Shown: piece after piece, positions 9,550 through 19,556 of the stretch | Layout: each line of letters begins with the position of its first letter | Numbering within the stretch: the stretch's first letter is position 1 | Source: a virus | Lineage: Duplodnaviria > Caudoviricetes | Direction: 5' to 3' (one strand) | DNA length: 57,374 bases | Virus record (IMG/VR): IMGVR_UViG_3300005805_000103 | Coordinates: 1 to 57,374 of that record | Program-made: the position numbers and the translations under genes | The notes under the pieces: generated by a model | What the model saw: only the letters and a program-made list of their open reading frames with translations | What the model was told of the DNA's origin: nothing | The model's database searches: none

Positions 9550-10022
9550 AAAAGCTTTACTTTACTGAAGAAGAAAGGAAACAGGCGAAGTCCGAATGGG
9601 ATCGTCAGTACCGACTCAGAAAGAAAGAGCAGATAAAACAGAAGAAACAGCAATATTATTTAGATAATAAAGATAAAATATCTAAAAAAAGTAAACTGCT
9701 GTATTTAGCTAATGCAGAAAAGATTAAACAACGAGCTAAACTCTGGAAGGAGAACAACCGTGAAAAACACAATGCTAATTGTATGGAAAGACATACAAAG
9801 AAAATGCAAGCGTGTCCTTCATGGCTTTCAGAAGATGATAAGTGGTTTATTCAAGAAGCGTACCATATAGCTAAGCTTCGTTCTGAAGTAACTGGGGTTA
9901 AGCACCATGTAGACCATATTGTACCGTTGCGATCTAAGCAGGTGTGTGGTCTGCATGTTCCTTGGAATCTTCAGGTTATAACAGCATCAGAAAATTGTTC
10001 AAAGAAAAACAGTTGGAAATGA
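9546..10022 (+). CDS. Free-standing HNH endonuclease
   Basis: HHVDHIVPL...CGLHVPWNLQVITASENCSKKN; AT-rich DNA; basic N-terminus. Confidence 0.85.
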   Translation: MKKLYFTEEERKQAKSEWDRQYRLRKKEQIKQKKQQYYLDNKDKISKKSKLLYLANAEKIKQRAKLWKENNREKHNANCMERHTKKMQACPSWLSEDDKWFIQEAYHIAKLRSEVTGVKHHVDHIVPLRSKQVCGLHVPWNLQVITASENCSKKNSWK

Positions 10023-10486
10023 AAGAGGCTATTCAGATTGCCGGAGACGTTTTGGTAAAGCCCTTCGAGGGCTATGCCAAGCGTCTGCCTAACGGCGACT
10101 GTACAGCCTATCCCGACCCCGGTACAGGCGGCGATCCGTGGACGATTGGATGGGGCTGTACCGGTCCCGACATCAAACCCGGCACCGTCTGGACCGTCGA
10201 AAAAGCTCAGGCAGAGCTTGACAATCATTTGTTACATTTCTGCCACGGAGTATTGAAGATGTCTCCGGGGCTGGCTAATGAGCCTCCGAGACGCCTTGCC
10301 GCTGTTATATCTTTCGCTTATAACTGTGGACTAGGCAATTATCGAATCAGTACCTTCAAAAAGCGCGTAGATGCCAAAGATTGGCAAGGCGCTTACGAAG
10401 AGATTTTGAAATGGAATAAGGCAGCAGGTCGTGTTCTTCGTGGGCTTACACTGCGACGACAAGCCGAAGGAAAACTTCTACTCTAA
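10019..10486 (+). CDS. Endolysin (GH24 lysozyme)
   Basis: Likely start MKEAIQ at 10019; FEG...AYPDP..WTIGWGCT, AVISFAYNCG, GLTLRRQAE. Confidence 0.9.
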   Translation: MKEAIQIAGDVLVKPFEGYAKRLPNGDCTAYPDPGTGGDPWTIGWGCTGPDIKPGTVWTVEKAQAELDNHLLHFCHGVLKMSPGLANEPPRRLAAVISFAYNCGLGNYRISTFKKRVDAKDWQGAYEEILKWNKAAGRVLRGLTLRRQAEGKLLL

Positions 10487-10488
10487 TT

Positions 10489-10683
10489 ATGGACGCCGCT
10501 CAACAAGCCACCGAATCTGCATCTGCCGTTGTTGCTAAAGTTGCACCACCAGTCACCGTATCGCTTGCCACTGTTGCAGGCATTTCTGTTTCTGAAATAT
10601 TGGTGTGGGCAACGCTGCTTTACACTGTCATTATGATTGGGTACAAGGTGTACCAAATCTACAAAGAAGTAAAGAAAGACTAG
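10489..10683 (+). CDS. Small holin-like membrane protein
   Basis: 64 aa, hydrophobic core, basic tail, follows endolysin. Confidence 0.55.
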   Translation: MDAAQQATESASAVVAKVAPPVTVSLATVAGISVSEILVWATLLYTVIMIGYKVYQIYKEVKKD

Positions 10684-10684
10684 C

Positions 10685-10999
10685 ATGACCCCAGCACCCA
10701 CTTCGCTTCGTATCATTGGCAGAGAGTTTGAGGTGAAGATGCTTGACGAATATGAAGGTCAAGTTGGTGGTGTAGATCATCCGTCATGTACAATAAATAT
10801 TAAGAGTGGGCAACAAAAGCTGTTAGAGGCTGATACAATATTGCACGAGGCAGTGCATGTATTGGATGAAATCTTTCAACTTAGTCTAACAGAGCGTCAT
10901 GTGTATTGTCTAACGGGTGGCATCATTGCCCTGTTTCGAGACAATCCACAGTTTGTTAAATACCTACAAGACGCAATCGACAACCCGAGAACTGTATGA
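10685..10999 (+). CDS. Small HExxH (zincin-like) protein
   Basis: DTILHEAVHVL motif with downstream E. Confidence 0.6.
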   Translation: MTPAPTSLRIIGREFEVKMLDEYEGQVGGVDHPSCTINIKSGQQKLLEADTILHEAVHVLDEIFQLSLTERHVYCLTGGIIALFRDNPQFVKYLQDAIDNPRTV

Positions 11000-13866
11000 A
11001 AAACTTCACCGCAAAGCAAAAAGAAGTCATTGCTCGAAAGCTTGGCTATGATGGTCCTATGCAGGGCTTTGACGAATTTGTGCAAAGCTCGCCTGCGCTC
11101 GCCATGAAATATGAAATGATCAATGACAAGTACACCCAGCGCATGAACAAGGGTGGTGCGGTGATGAACTATCAAGCTGGCGGCTCGGTTGAACAATTGC
11201 GTAGCAGCTTTGACACTTCTATTTTCAGCAAGACGCCACAGGAAAAAGCGACATATTACAACTCGCTCTTGGACACTGGCTATGACGACGAAACTATTCG
11301 TTCCGCTATTGGTGCCCCGTTGGATGCAAACTGGAGTGCTTTGACGAGTATGGCAAGTCAACAGCGTGCGCCAGCGCCTGCTCCGTCTCCAACGCCTGCT
11401 CCTGCTCCTGCTCCTGCGCCAACTCCAGCACCTTCTCCAACGCCCGCCCCTGCTCCTGAGCCTTCTCCAGCGCCTGCGCCTGCTCCGGTGGATGTTTTGC
11501 GTGCATCGTTTGATCAAACTGTATTCAGCAAAACACCGCAAGAAAAGGCAGCGTATTACAACTCGTTGCTTGATGCGGGATATGACGACGCTACTATTCG
11601 TCAAGCGATTAACGCTCCAGAAGATCAAAACTGGGCACAACTGCGAGACATGGCTCAAAACTTGCGAACCGGTACAGGCGCAGGTGGCGGCGGCGGTGGC
11701 GGAACACCAACACTTGCTGCTGTTGATCAACTTCGCTCGTCATTTGATAAAACAATTTTCAACAAAACTCCTGCACAGAAAGCAGAATATTACAACTCGT
11801 TGCTTGCTCAAGGATATGACGATGCCACTATTCGTGAAGCGATTAACGCTCCGTTAGATGCAAGCTGGTCGCGACTACAACGCTTGGCGGGATTGCGCAA
11901 GTCATTTGATACATCAATTTTTAATAAGTCCCCGCAAGAAAAAGCTGCATACTACAATTCACTTCTTGCTGCTGGATATGACGATGCCACTATCCGTGAA
12001 GCAATTGATGCTCCGCTAGACGCAAACTGGTCAGCGCTACAAGGAATTGCTGAAGGCTTGCGAACAAGTACCACCACTACTGGTGGCACTACTACCAGAA
12101 CCACTACTGGTGGCACCACCACCGGAACCACTACCGGAACCACTACTGGTGGCACTACTGGTGGCACCGGCACCACTACCAACCCCGCAACACAGTATGG
12201 CGAAGGTGGTCGCCCCATGATGGGGGTGACATCAACTGTTTCCCCTGCTCAGACCGCCATCACGGGTGAAATGAAGCTTGATGCCAACAAGTATCAGCTA
12301 ACGGGTGCAACGCCACAAGGGCAACAAACGCTTGCAATTGCTGCTCCTGCTGTGGCAAAGCCTGCTGAAGTCACCGCTCAAGCTGTCACTGCTGCTGCTG
12401 CCGCTCCTGCTGTTCAACAGGCTGTAGCAGGCATCACTCCTGCCACCGGAACAGCACAGGCTATTCAGGCTCAACAGCTTACAGAGCAACAAAAGCAAGC
12501 AGGCATGGCACAGGCTCAGCAGCTTGACAAAGCGCAACAGGCTCAGTTGGCAACTCGCACTTTGCAACAGGGCGAACTTGTTTCTGGTACTGCCGTGGAT
12601 ATGCCTCGTGTCGAAGAAGCCATTGCCAAAACTCAAGCTGCACAGGGCGTTGTCACCGAAGACATGACGGTGCAGGGACAGCTTACAAAGCTTACGGCTA
12701 ACTTTGATGCAAGAAATCCGCCGCCTTGGGCAGCAGGAGCTATCCGCTCTGTTACTGCTCAGCTTGCTGCTCGCGGTTTGAGTGCGTCTAGTATGGCTGG
12801 ACAGGCTGTTGTACAGGCTGCTCTTGAAATGGCTACCCCGATTGCTTCTGCTGACGCTGCTGCATATCAACAGATGGCAGCACAGAATCTGTCGAATCGT
12901 CAGCAAGTTGCCATTCTGTCAGCACAACAGCGTGCTCAGTTTTTGGGACAAGAGTTTGATCAGACATTCCAGACCCGCGTGTTGAATGCGGCAAAGGTTG
13001 CTGACATTGCCAATATGAACTTCACTGCTCAGCAGCAAGTGTATTTGGAAAATGCACGACTTGCTCAGTCTGTTGATTTGGCAAATCTGAACAATCGTCA
13101 GGCCACCACCATTGCCAACGCAGCAACGCTTGCTAGCATGGAGATGGCAAACTTGAACGCTCGTCAACAAACTGCTGTTGCCAATGCTCAAAACTTCCTG
13201 CAAATGGAAATGGCTAATATGTCCAATACACAGCAGGCAGCTTTGTTTAAGGCACAGAATCTGGCACAGGCGGCATTGTCCGACACGGCTGCTGAGAACA
13301 GCGCTCGTCAGTTTAACGCTGCAAATAAGCAGCAGGCTGATCAGTTTAACGCTAGCCTGTCAACGCAGGTGAATCAATTTAACACTGCGCAATATAACGC
13401 AATACAGCAGTTTAATGCTGGTCAAACTAATGCGATGAGTCAGTTCAATGCTCAGATGCAAAATCAGCGTCAAGAGTTTAACGCTCGTAATCGCATCATC
13501 ATTGACCAAGCTAATGCACAGCTTATTGCTCAGATTAGCACAGCCAACACTGCTGCGACTAATGCTGCCAACTTCCAAAATGCGCAAGCAATGAACAACA
13601 TGACGCTTGCGCAGTATAATAACGAAGTGCAGCTTTATCGCGATCAGGTGAAGATGGTATTTGACAGCTATGAGCGACAAGAAGACCGTGTTGCATCGAT
13701 GGCAACTGCGATGTTGCAGGCAGAAATTGCTCGTGAGAAAATCAGCGCTGAGACTAGCGCTGCTTACGGAAAATTGATTGGCGCTGTCGTTGGAACTAAG
13801 GTTGGCGAGAAGGTGTTGGACGGGGCATGGGATTTTATCAAGAATCTAAATCCGTTTGGGCCTTAA
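10996..13866 (+). CDS. Internal virion (ejection) protein with repeat insert and Q/N/A-rich region
   Basis: 956 aa; four ~50-aa repeats, PA and GT linkers, long Q/N/A-rich helical region with QFNA repeats. Confidence 0.65.
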   Translation: MKNFTAKQKEVIARKLGYDGPMQGFDEFVQSSPALAMKYEMINDKYTQRMNKGGAVMNYQAGGSVEQLRSSFDTSIFSKTPQEKATYYNSLLDTGYDDETIRSAIGAPLDANWSALTSMASQQRAPAPAPSPTPAPAPAPAPTPAPSPTPAPAPEPSPAPAPAPVDVLRASFDQTVFSKTPQEKAAYYNSLLDAGYDDATIRQAINAPEDQNWAQLRDMAQNLRTGTGAGGGGGGGTPTLAAVDQLRSSFDKTIFNKTPAQKAEYYNSLLAQGYDDATIREAINAPLDASWSRLQRLAGLRKSFDTSIFNKSPQEKAAYYNSLLAAGYDDATIREAIDAPLDANWSALQGIAEGLRTSTTTTGGTTTRTTTGGTTTGTTTGTTTGGTTGGTGTTTNPATQYGEGGRPMMGVTSTVSPAQTAITGEMKLDANKYQLTGATPQGQQTLAIAAPAVAKPAEVTAQAVTAAAAAPAVQQAVAGITPATGTAQAIQAQQLTEQQKQAGMAQAQQLDKAQQAQLATRTLQQGELVSGTAVDMPRVEEAIAKTQAAQGVVTEDMTVQGQLTKLTANFDARNPPPWAAGAIRSVTAQLAARGLSASSMAGQAVVQAALEMATPIASADAAAYQQMAAQNLSNRQQVAILSAQQRAQFLGQEFDQTFQTRVLNAAKVADIANMNFTAQQQVYLENARLAQSVDLANLNNRQATTIANAATLASMEMANLNARQQTAVANAQNFLQMEMANMSNTQQAALFKAQNLAQAALSDTAAENSARQFNAANKQQADQFNASLSTQVNQFNTAQYNAIQQFNAGQTNAMSQFNAQMQNQRQEFNARNRIIIDQANAQLIAQISTANTAATNAANFQNAQAMNNMTLAQYNNEVQLYRDQVKMVFDSYERQEDRVASMATAMLQAEIAREKISAETSAAYGKLIGAVVGTKVGEKVLDGAWDFIKNLNPFGP
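11191..12060 (+). repeat. Four copies of a ~50-aa module (LRxSFDxxIFxKTPQEKAxYYNSLLxxGYDDATIRxAIxAPLDANWxxL)
   Basis: Copies start near 11191, 11491, 11725 and 11893. Confidence 0.9.
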
Positions 13867-13885
13867 CACGGCAGAAGGATAAGCT

Positions 13886-14089
13886 ATGCAAAATTACAAA
13901 AAGTTTATGGCTCAAGTCAATGAGCGCATTGAAAAGTCTGGCAAGAAGCCAACAAAGACTGAAGGTGGTATCATGGCTCGTAAAGAGCGTGACATGAAGG
14001 CTGCTGACGACTACGTTGACACCATCGCGTCATACATTGCCGCTATCCGCAAAACAGCACAGAAAGTGAAGGCGAAGAATGCAGCCTGA
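13886..14089 (+). CDS. Small hypothetical protein (internal virion cluster)
   Basis: RBS AAGGA, 67 aa, GGIMARK motif. Confidence 0.6.
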   Translation: MQNYKKFMAQVNERIEKSGKKPTKTEGGIMARKERDMKAADDYVDTIASYIAAIRKTAQKVKAKNAA

Positions 14090-14537
14090 TTTCCTTCATC
14101 AACCTATCCCCGGCATCTCGTTGACTGGTGAACCCGGCAATGCCCCGTGGGAGTCGCCTCCGAAGTACACGACGATTGATGAGGTCGTTGACTTCTATTC
14201 TGACAAAATCATCGAGCCGGAAGTAACCGGCGACATGATCACTGCCATCAAAGGCAACATTCCTCTGATGACCATTGCCGATGGCATGTTGAGGATGGGA
14301 GTGATGGAGGGGCTGCATAGCATCGATGCTGCAATGCTTGTTAAACCAATTTTGGTTGAACTGATGATTGCAATGGCTGAGATTTATAATGTTGGCTATG
14401 TTATTGAGGCAGATGATTTGATTAAACAACGATTTATGCCCAGTGATGTGGTTGAGAAAGTTGTTCAAGAAACAACGGAAAAGATTGCTGACGCTAAAGA
14501 AGAGTCTGGCGGCATCATCGCTCGGAGGAAGAAATAA
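14079..14537 (+). CDS. Conserved phage protein (PIPG.SLT.EPG..PWE.PP family), probable internal virion protein
   Basis: PIPGISLTGEPGNAPWESPP motif typical of this podovirus gene cluster. Confidence 0.65.
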   Translation: MQPDFLHQPIPGISLTGEPGNAPWESPPKYTTIDEVVDFYSDKIIEPEVTGDMITAIKGNIPLMTIADGMLRMGVMEGLHSIDAAMLVKPILVELMIAMAEIYNVGYVIEADDLIKQRFMPSDVVEKVVQETTEKIADAKEESGGIIARRKK

Positions 14538-15979
14538 TGGCATTTAGTCTTGTTGGCTTTGGCGCAGGTCTTGCTGAAAGCGTCACCGAGCGCATTGAAG
14601 AAGAGCGTAAGTTTTCCAATCTTGCATTGCAGGGTCGCATTGAGCGTGCCTCTGTGTTGAAACAACAGCGAGACAAAGAAGCTGCCGCGCTTGAAACCGA
14701 ATTGCGTGAAAAGAAAACAATGCTGGAAGGATGGGGCGTCCAAGACCCCAATCTGCAAAAAGCATATTTGTCGAACCCCGCTGCATTTAATGCTTTGCAA
14801 GAAGTTAACAAGCCGGGTTCTCAAATCAGAGTTGATCCTAAAGACCTTATTCTTTCCCCGGACAAGGAAAAGCTTGGCACGATGTCTACGGACGACTACA
14901 TCACACAAGCCGTTAAGCGTCTGCGTGGTCCTGTTGCCCCTGCCAAGCTGTTAGAAACGCCGGGGCGTGGAATGCTTGCCCCGTCGGCTGGAACGGAACA
15001 GCGTCGATTCGAACAGCTTGCTGGCATGCGCGGCATGACGCTTGAGGATGTTGCTCGTGCGGAAGACACTACGCCGATTCAACGACCGCCCGTTGCGGCT
15101 GCGCTTAATGTCGCAAAGCTTCAAAAACCTCAATCTGCCGAACAGCAACTTGATGCCTTTAAAGGTAAAATTATCAGTCTAAGCACCGATCCTGCATTCG
15201 GTCCAGACCATCCCGATACGAAGAAAGCAGTTGCTTCGTTTAAGACAGCAAAGGCGGCGATAGAAGCACTGACGCCACAAGAACTTGATCATAGCAGAAT
15301 GTTGTCAAAGTCTTTGCGAATTGTGCTTGATCCTACACTCAACGTTTCTCCTGAAGAAAGAAAAGTTGCGGAAATGTATGTTCGAAATCACAAACGACTT
15401 CAGGACTCTGGTGAAAAAACCGATAGGATTCCTGCCGCGTCGGCGCTAGCAGGACTGATGGCACGGGCTGCTAATCATGCAATTGAGGCAGAGTACGGAT
15501 CAAAAGTTTCTAAAGATTTTGCAATGCGCAGCGTTGACCCGTCAGATAAAGATAGCCCGAAAATTTTGGACTATATTGGTGACGACATGACTGTTCGCAG
15601 AGACATTCTGCGACTCAGACAAGAGGCTGCTTATAATATGGTAAAAGCCGAATTGGCTACCGGTGGTAAAATTCATCCGAATATTCGATTTGCTCTTGGA
15701 GCATTTGGAATTAAGGAATTCGATAAGAATAACAATCCTATTCTGTTGCCCGTTGGCAAATCCGGTGATAATCCAAAAACGCCTCGTGAAAATGTTGATG
15801 AAGCGGTGGGGGCTGCTACTGCCGCTCCTGCTGCTTCGACACCGACGCCAAAGCCTGCTACAACGCCGAAAGGATTCCCTCAAGGCAGTCGCATTGCACG
15901 TAATGAGTTCGTTGCCAATAGGGGATTCAAGGTTTACAATGCCGAAGGCAAGCTGATTGGCTACGCCCAAGAAGAATAA
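14537..15979 (+). CDS. Probable internal virion (ejection) protein
   Basis: 480 aa, GFGAGLA N-terminus then coiled coil; position in cluster. Confidence 0.55.
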   Translation: MAFSLVGFGAGLAESVTERIEEERKFSNLALQGRIERASVLKQQRDKEAAALETELREKKTMLEGWGVQDPNLQKAYLSNPAAFNALQEVNKPGSQIRVDPKDLILSPDKEKLGTMSTDDYITQAVKRLRGPVAPAKLLETPGRGMLAPSAGTEQRRFEQLAGMRGMTLEDVARAEDTTPIQRPPVAAALNVAKLQKPQSAEQQLDAFKGKIISLSTDPAFGPDHPDTKKAVASFKTAKAAIEALTPQELDHSRMLSKSLRIVLDPTLNVSPEERKVAEMYVRNHKRLQDSGEKTDRIPAASALAGLMARAANHAIEAEYGSKVSKDFAMRSVDPSDKDSPKILDYIGDDMTVRRDILRLRQEAAYNMVKAELATGGKIHPNIRFALGAFGIKEFDKNNNPILLPVGKSGDNPKTPRENVDEAVGAATAAPAASTPTPKPATTPKGFPQGSRIARNEFVANRGFKVYNAEGKLIGYAQEE

Positions 15980-15988
15980 AGGATTGAC

Positions 15989-18900
15989 ATGCGTTTCGTA
16001 CCTTTGAGCGAGGCAGAAACAACGGCGGAACAACAACAACAAGCGCAGCCTAAACAACTGCGCTTTGTTCCGTTGGACACTGCTGAACCTGCTCCTGCAA
16101 CCAAGGCAAAGTTTGTGCCTGTAAGCGAGGCGGTTACGCCCGATGACATCCGTAAACAGGCGCAAGAAGATCGTAATCGTTATCGTGAAAAAACCGGTCT
16201 AGCTCCATCGACCACGGCTCCTGTCGAGGGCACCGGTGGTGCAGCTTTTGGCGTCTTTGCTGTTCAAGGTAAACAGCGTCGCGAAAACATTGAGGCTCGC
16301 AAAGCAATGGAGGCTCCTAAGCTTACCGTTGATCAATTATCGGGCGACAATCTTTTTCCGATTGTGCAGTCGTACATGAAGGCTGCTGGTGAAAAGCCGT
16401 TTGATGAAGGTAAGGAAACTCGTAAAGACTTCGTTGAACGCTTCTATAGTAGCAATCGATTCTCTGATTTTAATACTGTTCTTGGTACGATTCCTCGTCT
16501 TGCTGCGCTTCGTAACTCGACAAAGGATACCAAAGAAGCCCTCGCTATGGGCATGGACCTGTATCAGAGGGCAGCAAGTGCGGGTGAAGCCGGTGGCCCG
16601 TCGCAATGGAATGCTGTAAAGGATATTGTATTTTCAGTTGCAACCGACGCAGCAACATACATGGGTTTCGGCGTTGGTAAGGGAACAGCAACGGTTGTAA
16701 CACGCGGTGGCGTAAAAGCTGCTCAAGCTGCTGCATTGAAAACGGCGCAGGAAACCGGCGCTATGACCACTAAGGCTGCGCTTCCTCAAGCAACTAAAGA
16801 AGCCATTGAGCAACGAGCTAAGCGGGCAGAAATTGCCTCTTCTGCTGCAACAGAGAGCGTTGTTGCGGGTGTGGCTGATACTCTTACTCAAAAGGCCGAG
16901 CAAGAACAAGCCCGAATAATGGGTGATGAAGTGCCCGAGTACAATGCCGCAAGAACGCTCTTTGTTTCTGTTCTTGGCGGAACGTTGAGTGCTGCTGCTT
17001 CTGCAAAAGGAAAAGCTCCTACCATTCGTGATCCGGGCGAACTCACCTCTGAACAAATTGAAAAGAACCTAAAAAAGCGGTCAGTAACAACGACAGAGCC
17101 GGGTGCTCCGCTTACGGAAGCAGAACAAAAAATTTCGTCAGCACTTGTCAATGATTTTGACACCGTTCATTCGGAATATGTCAAAAGTTATGGTAAACAA
17201 TTGCTGCAAGAAATTGACCCTGCGACAACTGTTACCGACTCTAAGGTGCAGGAAGCATATAGTCGCTCTGCTGTTCGCATGGCGCTAAATCTGATGAAGG
17301 ACAATCCAAACCAGTTCGGTTGGAACCCTGCCAAAGAACAGATTAGCGACGCTATCTATCGCACTTTCTCACAACTTGAAACAGGTGAGATTGCTGATAC
17401 AGCACTGGAAAGCGCCATTCGTAAAGCGGGCCTGACGCCGGATCAATTTGCAGCAATGACGAAAACTACGGCGTCTGAGGCTGGTAAAGTTTTGCAAGCA
17501 TATTCCGTTGCTGCACGCGCAACAAAACGTTTGCGTGAAATCGATCCTGAGTTTAACAAGCGAATGGAAGAACTTTACGGTGTTGATACCGACAACGTGC
17601 GGGCATTGACTCGCGTTGGAGACGCTGTTCGTCGTGTTGAACGAGAGTCGAAGGCAATTGTTACTTCCGGCATCGATACGCTTGCTCGCAACCTGATTGG
17701 TAACTTTGTTACCGCTCCGTTGTCTGTTGGCGTTAGAGCGGTTGAAGGACTTCGCTATAGTGTCGGTACCGCTCTTGATGCAGCCTCTGGTGAAAGATTT
17801 GTAACGTTCAAAAAGCTAATGGGCGACACTCTGAAGGACTCCGTCGGAATGTACGAATACCTGAAGAAGTCTGGATTGGCAGAAGAAGTTACTGAAAAAC
17901 TGCTTGAAAATAACCCGTCGCTGCTTCGTCAAATTAGTTCTGCCGTTCAAGAAACAGACATGGGCGAACTAAGTCCGTTGGCTCGTTGGTCACAGTCGCT
18001 TAATGGTGCGTTGGATGGATTACAGCGCCGCGCTTATTTTGTAGCAAGCGTGGAGTCTCAATTGCGCCGCGTTGGTCTTGATTTGTACACTGATGTTCTT
18101 GCTAAGAATAAAGAAGTTCCTACAACTATTCTGAAGGCAGCGCTGGACGAATCGTTTACCGCTACTTTTTCATACACACCAAAAGCTTTTGCGAAAAGCT
18201 ATTCGATGATTGAAGAAGGTGCTGAACGTGTTGGAGCAGAATTTGTAAAGTTTGCGGAAAAACCCGGCATGTCCGTTATCATTCCATTCCCGCGATTTGT
18301 AGCAAACGCTTTCGCATTCCAATATAAATATAGTCCGCTTGGTTTTGCAGGCGCTACAGAATACATGGCTGCTGCCCGACGCTTGCGCAAAGAGGGCAGG
18401 CTTGAAGAAGCCGAGCGGGTTGGTCGTCAAGGTGCAGAGCGAGCAATGCAGGCCACCGTGGGCGTTGGAATGCTTGCTGCTGCATACGACTATCGTGCCA
18501 ACAATCCCGATACACCGTGGTACATTTTCAATGGGGTTGATGTGCGGTCTATTTTCCCAATTGCGCCGTATCTCGGTATTGCAGATTGGATGCGTCGTGA
18601 CCTTTTCGGTGGGTCTGGCAGCGCTCCTGTCAAAGAAATTGTTGAGAACATCATGGGGTTCAAGCTTCCTGCCGGTACTCAGCATACACTCTTAACGACC
18701 ATTTCGGATGTTGTCGGAAGCGAAGAACGGCTACAGAAACTAGGAGAGGGCGTTGCTAAACTCTTCGGTGACTTTGGTGGTCGTTTTACACAGCCGTTCA
18801 TTACGAAACAAATCTTCGACACAATCGACATGATTCGTGGCGATGAAGCATTGAAGGCTCGTGACCCTAATGTGTTGTCTGCTGAATCAGAAGGTGAGCG

Positions 18901-19555
18901 ACTGATGGAGGCGGCAGTACAGCGAGTCCAAGCCAAATTACCGGTTGTCAAAGAAAGTCTTGAACCGGCAGCAATTCGCTTTCGGGAACAAGAACGTACA
19001 AAGCCCGGTGAAGTTCCGGTGCCGACCCCACTATATCGTGAAGGTGAATTTTTTAACCGCATTGTTGGTTTCCGCACGGTACCAAACCCGACAGATGCAG
19101 AACGCGAAATCAACAAGTATAGCGTTGACATTTACAAATCGTTCGGGCGTCCGAGCGGTGACAGAGATTATGACCGCGCATACATCTCATTTGTAAATGA
19201 GTTTGCGGTTAATTTTGTAAATAAAAGAATTTCACGACCAGACTATGCTGAAAAAACAGATACTGGAAAGAAAGTTGCTATTAATAACGCAATTTCTGAA
19301 GCACGAGATATTGCTAAAGAACGAACTGATGGTTTGTTCGCAGAGAAATTTCCAGACAAGTTTGCTAGAATTCAATACTTGAGATTGTCGAGAGACGAGA
19401 AAAATATCGTCAATGAAAGATATAAAAGAGATACAGGGCAAACAATGGAAGAAGCTAAGGCATATAGCGAACTTCCTAAGTACAAGGACATGTCTGATCT
19501 CAAATTCGCAGCCGGTGGTGTGGTACAACAAATGAACAATTTGTTTAGGAAATAA
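15989..19555 (+). CDS. Large internal virion (ejection) protein
   Basis: 1188 aa helical protein, IPFPRF and PFSPY-like motifs, near end of late arm. Confidence 0.65.
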   Translation: MRFVPLSEAETTAEQQQQAQPKQLRFVPLDTAEPAPATKAKFVPVSEAVTPDDIRKQAQEDRNRYREKTGLAPSTTAPVEGTGGAAFGVFAVQGKQRRENIEARKAMEAPKLTVDQLSGDNLFPIVQSYMKAAGEKPFDEGKETRKDFVERFYSSNRFSDFNTVLGTIPRLAALRNSTKDTKEALAMGMDLYQRAASAGEAGGPSQWNAVKDIVFSVATDAATYMGFGVGKGTATVVTRGGVKAAQAAALKTAQETGAMTTKAALPQATKEAIEQRAKRAEIASSAATESVVAGVADTLTQKAEQEQARIMGDEVPEYNAARTLFVSVLGGTLSAAASAKGKAPTIRDPGELTSEQIEKNLKKRSVTTTEPGAPLTEAEQKISSALVNDFDTVHSEYVKSYGKQLLQEIDPATTVTDSKVQEAYSRSAVRMALNLMKDNPNQFGWNPAKEQISDAIYRTFSQLETGEIADTALESAIRKAGLTPDQFAAMTKTTASEAGKVLQAYSVAARATKRLREIDPEFNKRMEELYGVDTDNVRALTRVGDAVRRVERESKAIVTSGIDTLARNLIGNFVTAPLSVGVRAVEGLRYSVGTALDAASGERFVTFKKLMGDTLKDSVGMYEYLKKSGLAEEVTEKLLENNPSLLRQISSAVQETDMGELSPLARWSQSLNGALDGLQRRAYFVASVESQLRRVGLDLYTDVLAKNKEVPTTILKAALDESFTATFSYTPKAFAKSYSMIEEGAERVGAEFVKFAEKPGMSVIIPFPRFVANAFAFQYKYSPLGFAGATEYMAAARRLRKEGRLEEAERVGRQGAERAMQATVGVGMLAAAYDYRANNPDTPWYIFNGVDVRSIFPIAPYLGIADWMRRDLFGGSGSAPVKEIVENIMGFKLPAGTQHTLLTTISDVVGSEERLQKLGEGVAKLFGDFGGRFTQPFITKQIFDTIDMIRGDEALKARDPNVLSAESEGERLMEAAVQRVQAKLPVVKESLEPAAIRFREQERTKPGEVPVPTPLYREGEFFNRIVGFRTVPNPTDAEREINKYSVDIYKSFGRPSGDRDYDRAYISFVNEFAVNFVNKRISRPDYAEKTDTGKKVAINNAISEARDIAKERTDGLFAEKFPDKFARIQYLRLSRDEKNIVNERYKRDTGQTMEEAKAYSELPKYKDMSDLKFAAGGVVQQMNNLFRK

Positions 19556-19556
19556 A

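Noticed and set aside
9500-10030. Group I intron around the HNH gene
   Set aside because: Flanking genes are intact and abut the HNH ORF directly, leaving no room for intron core structure
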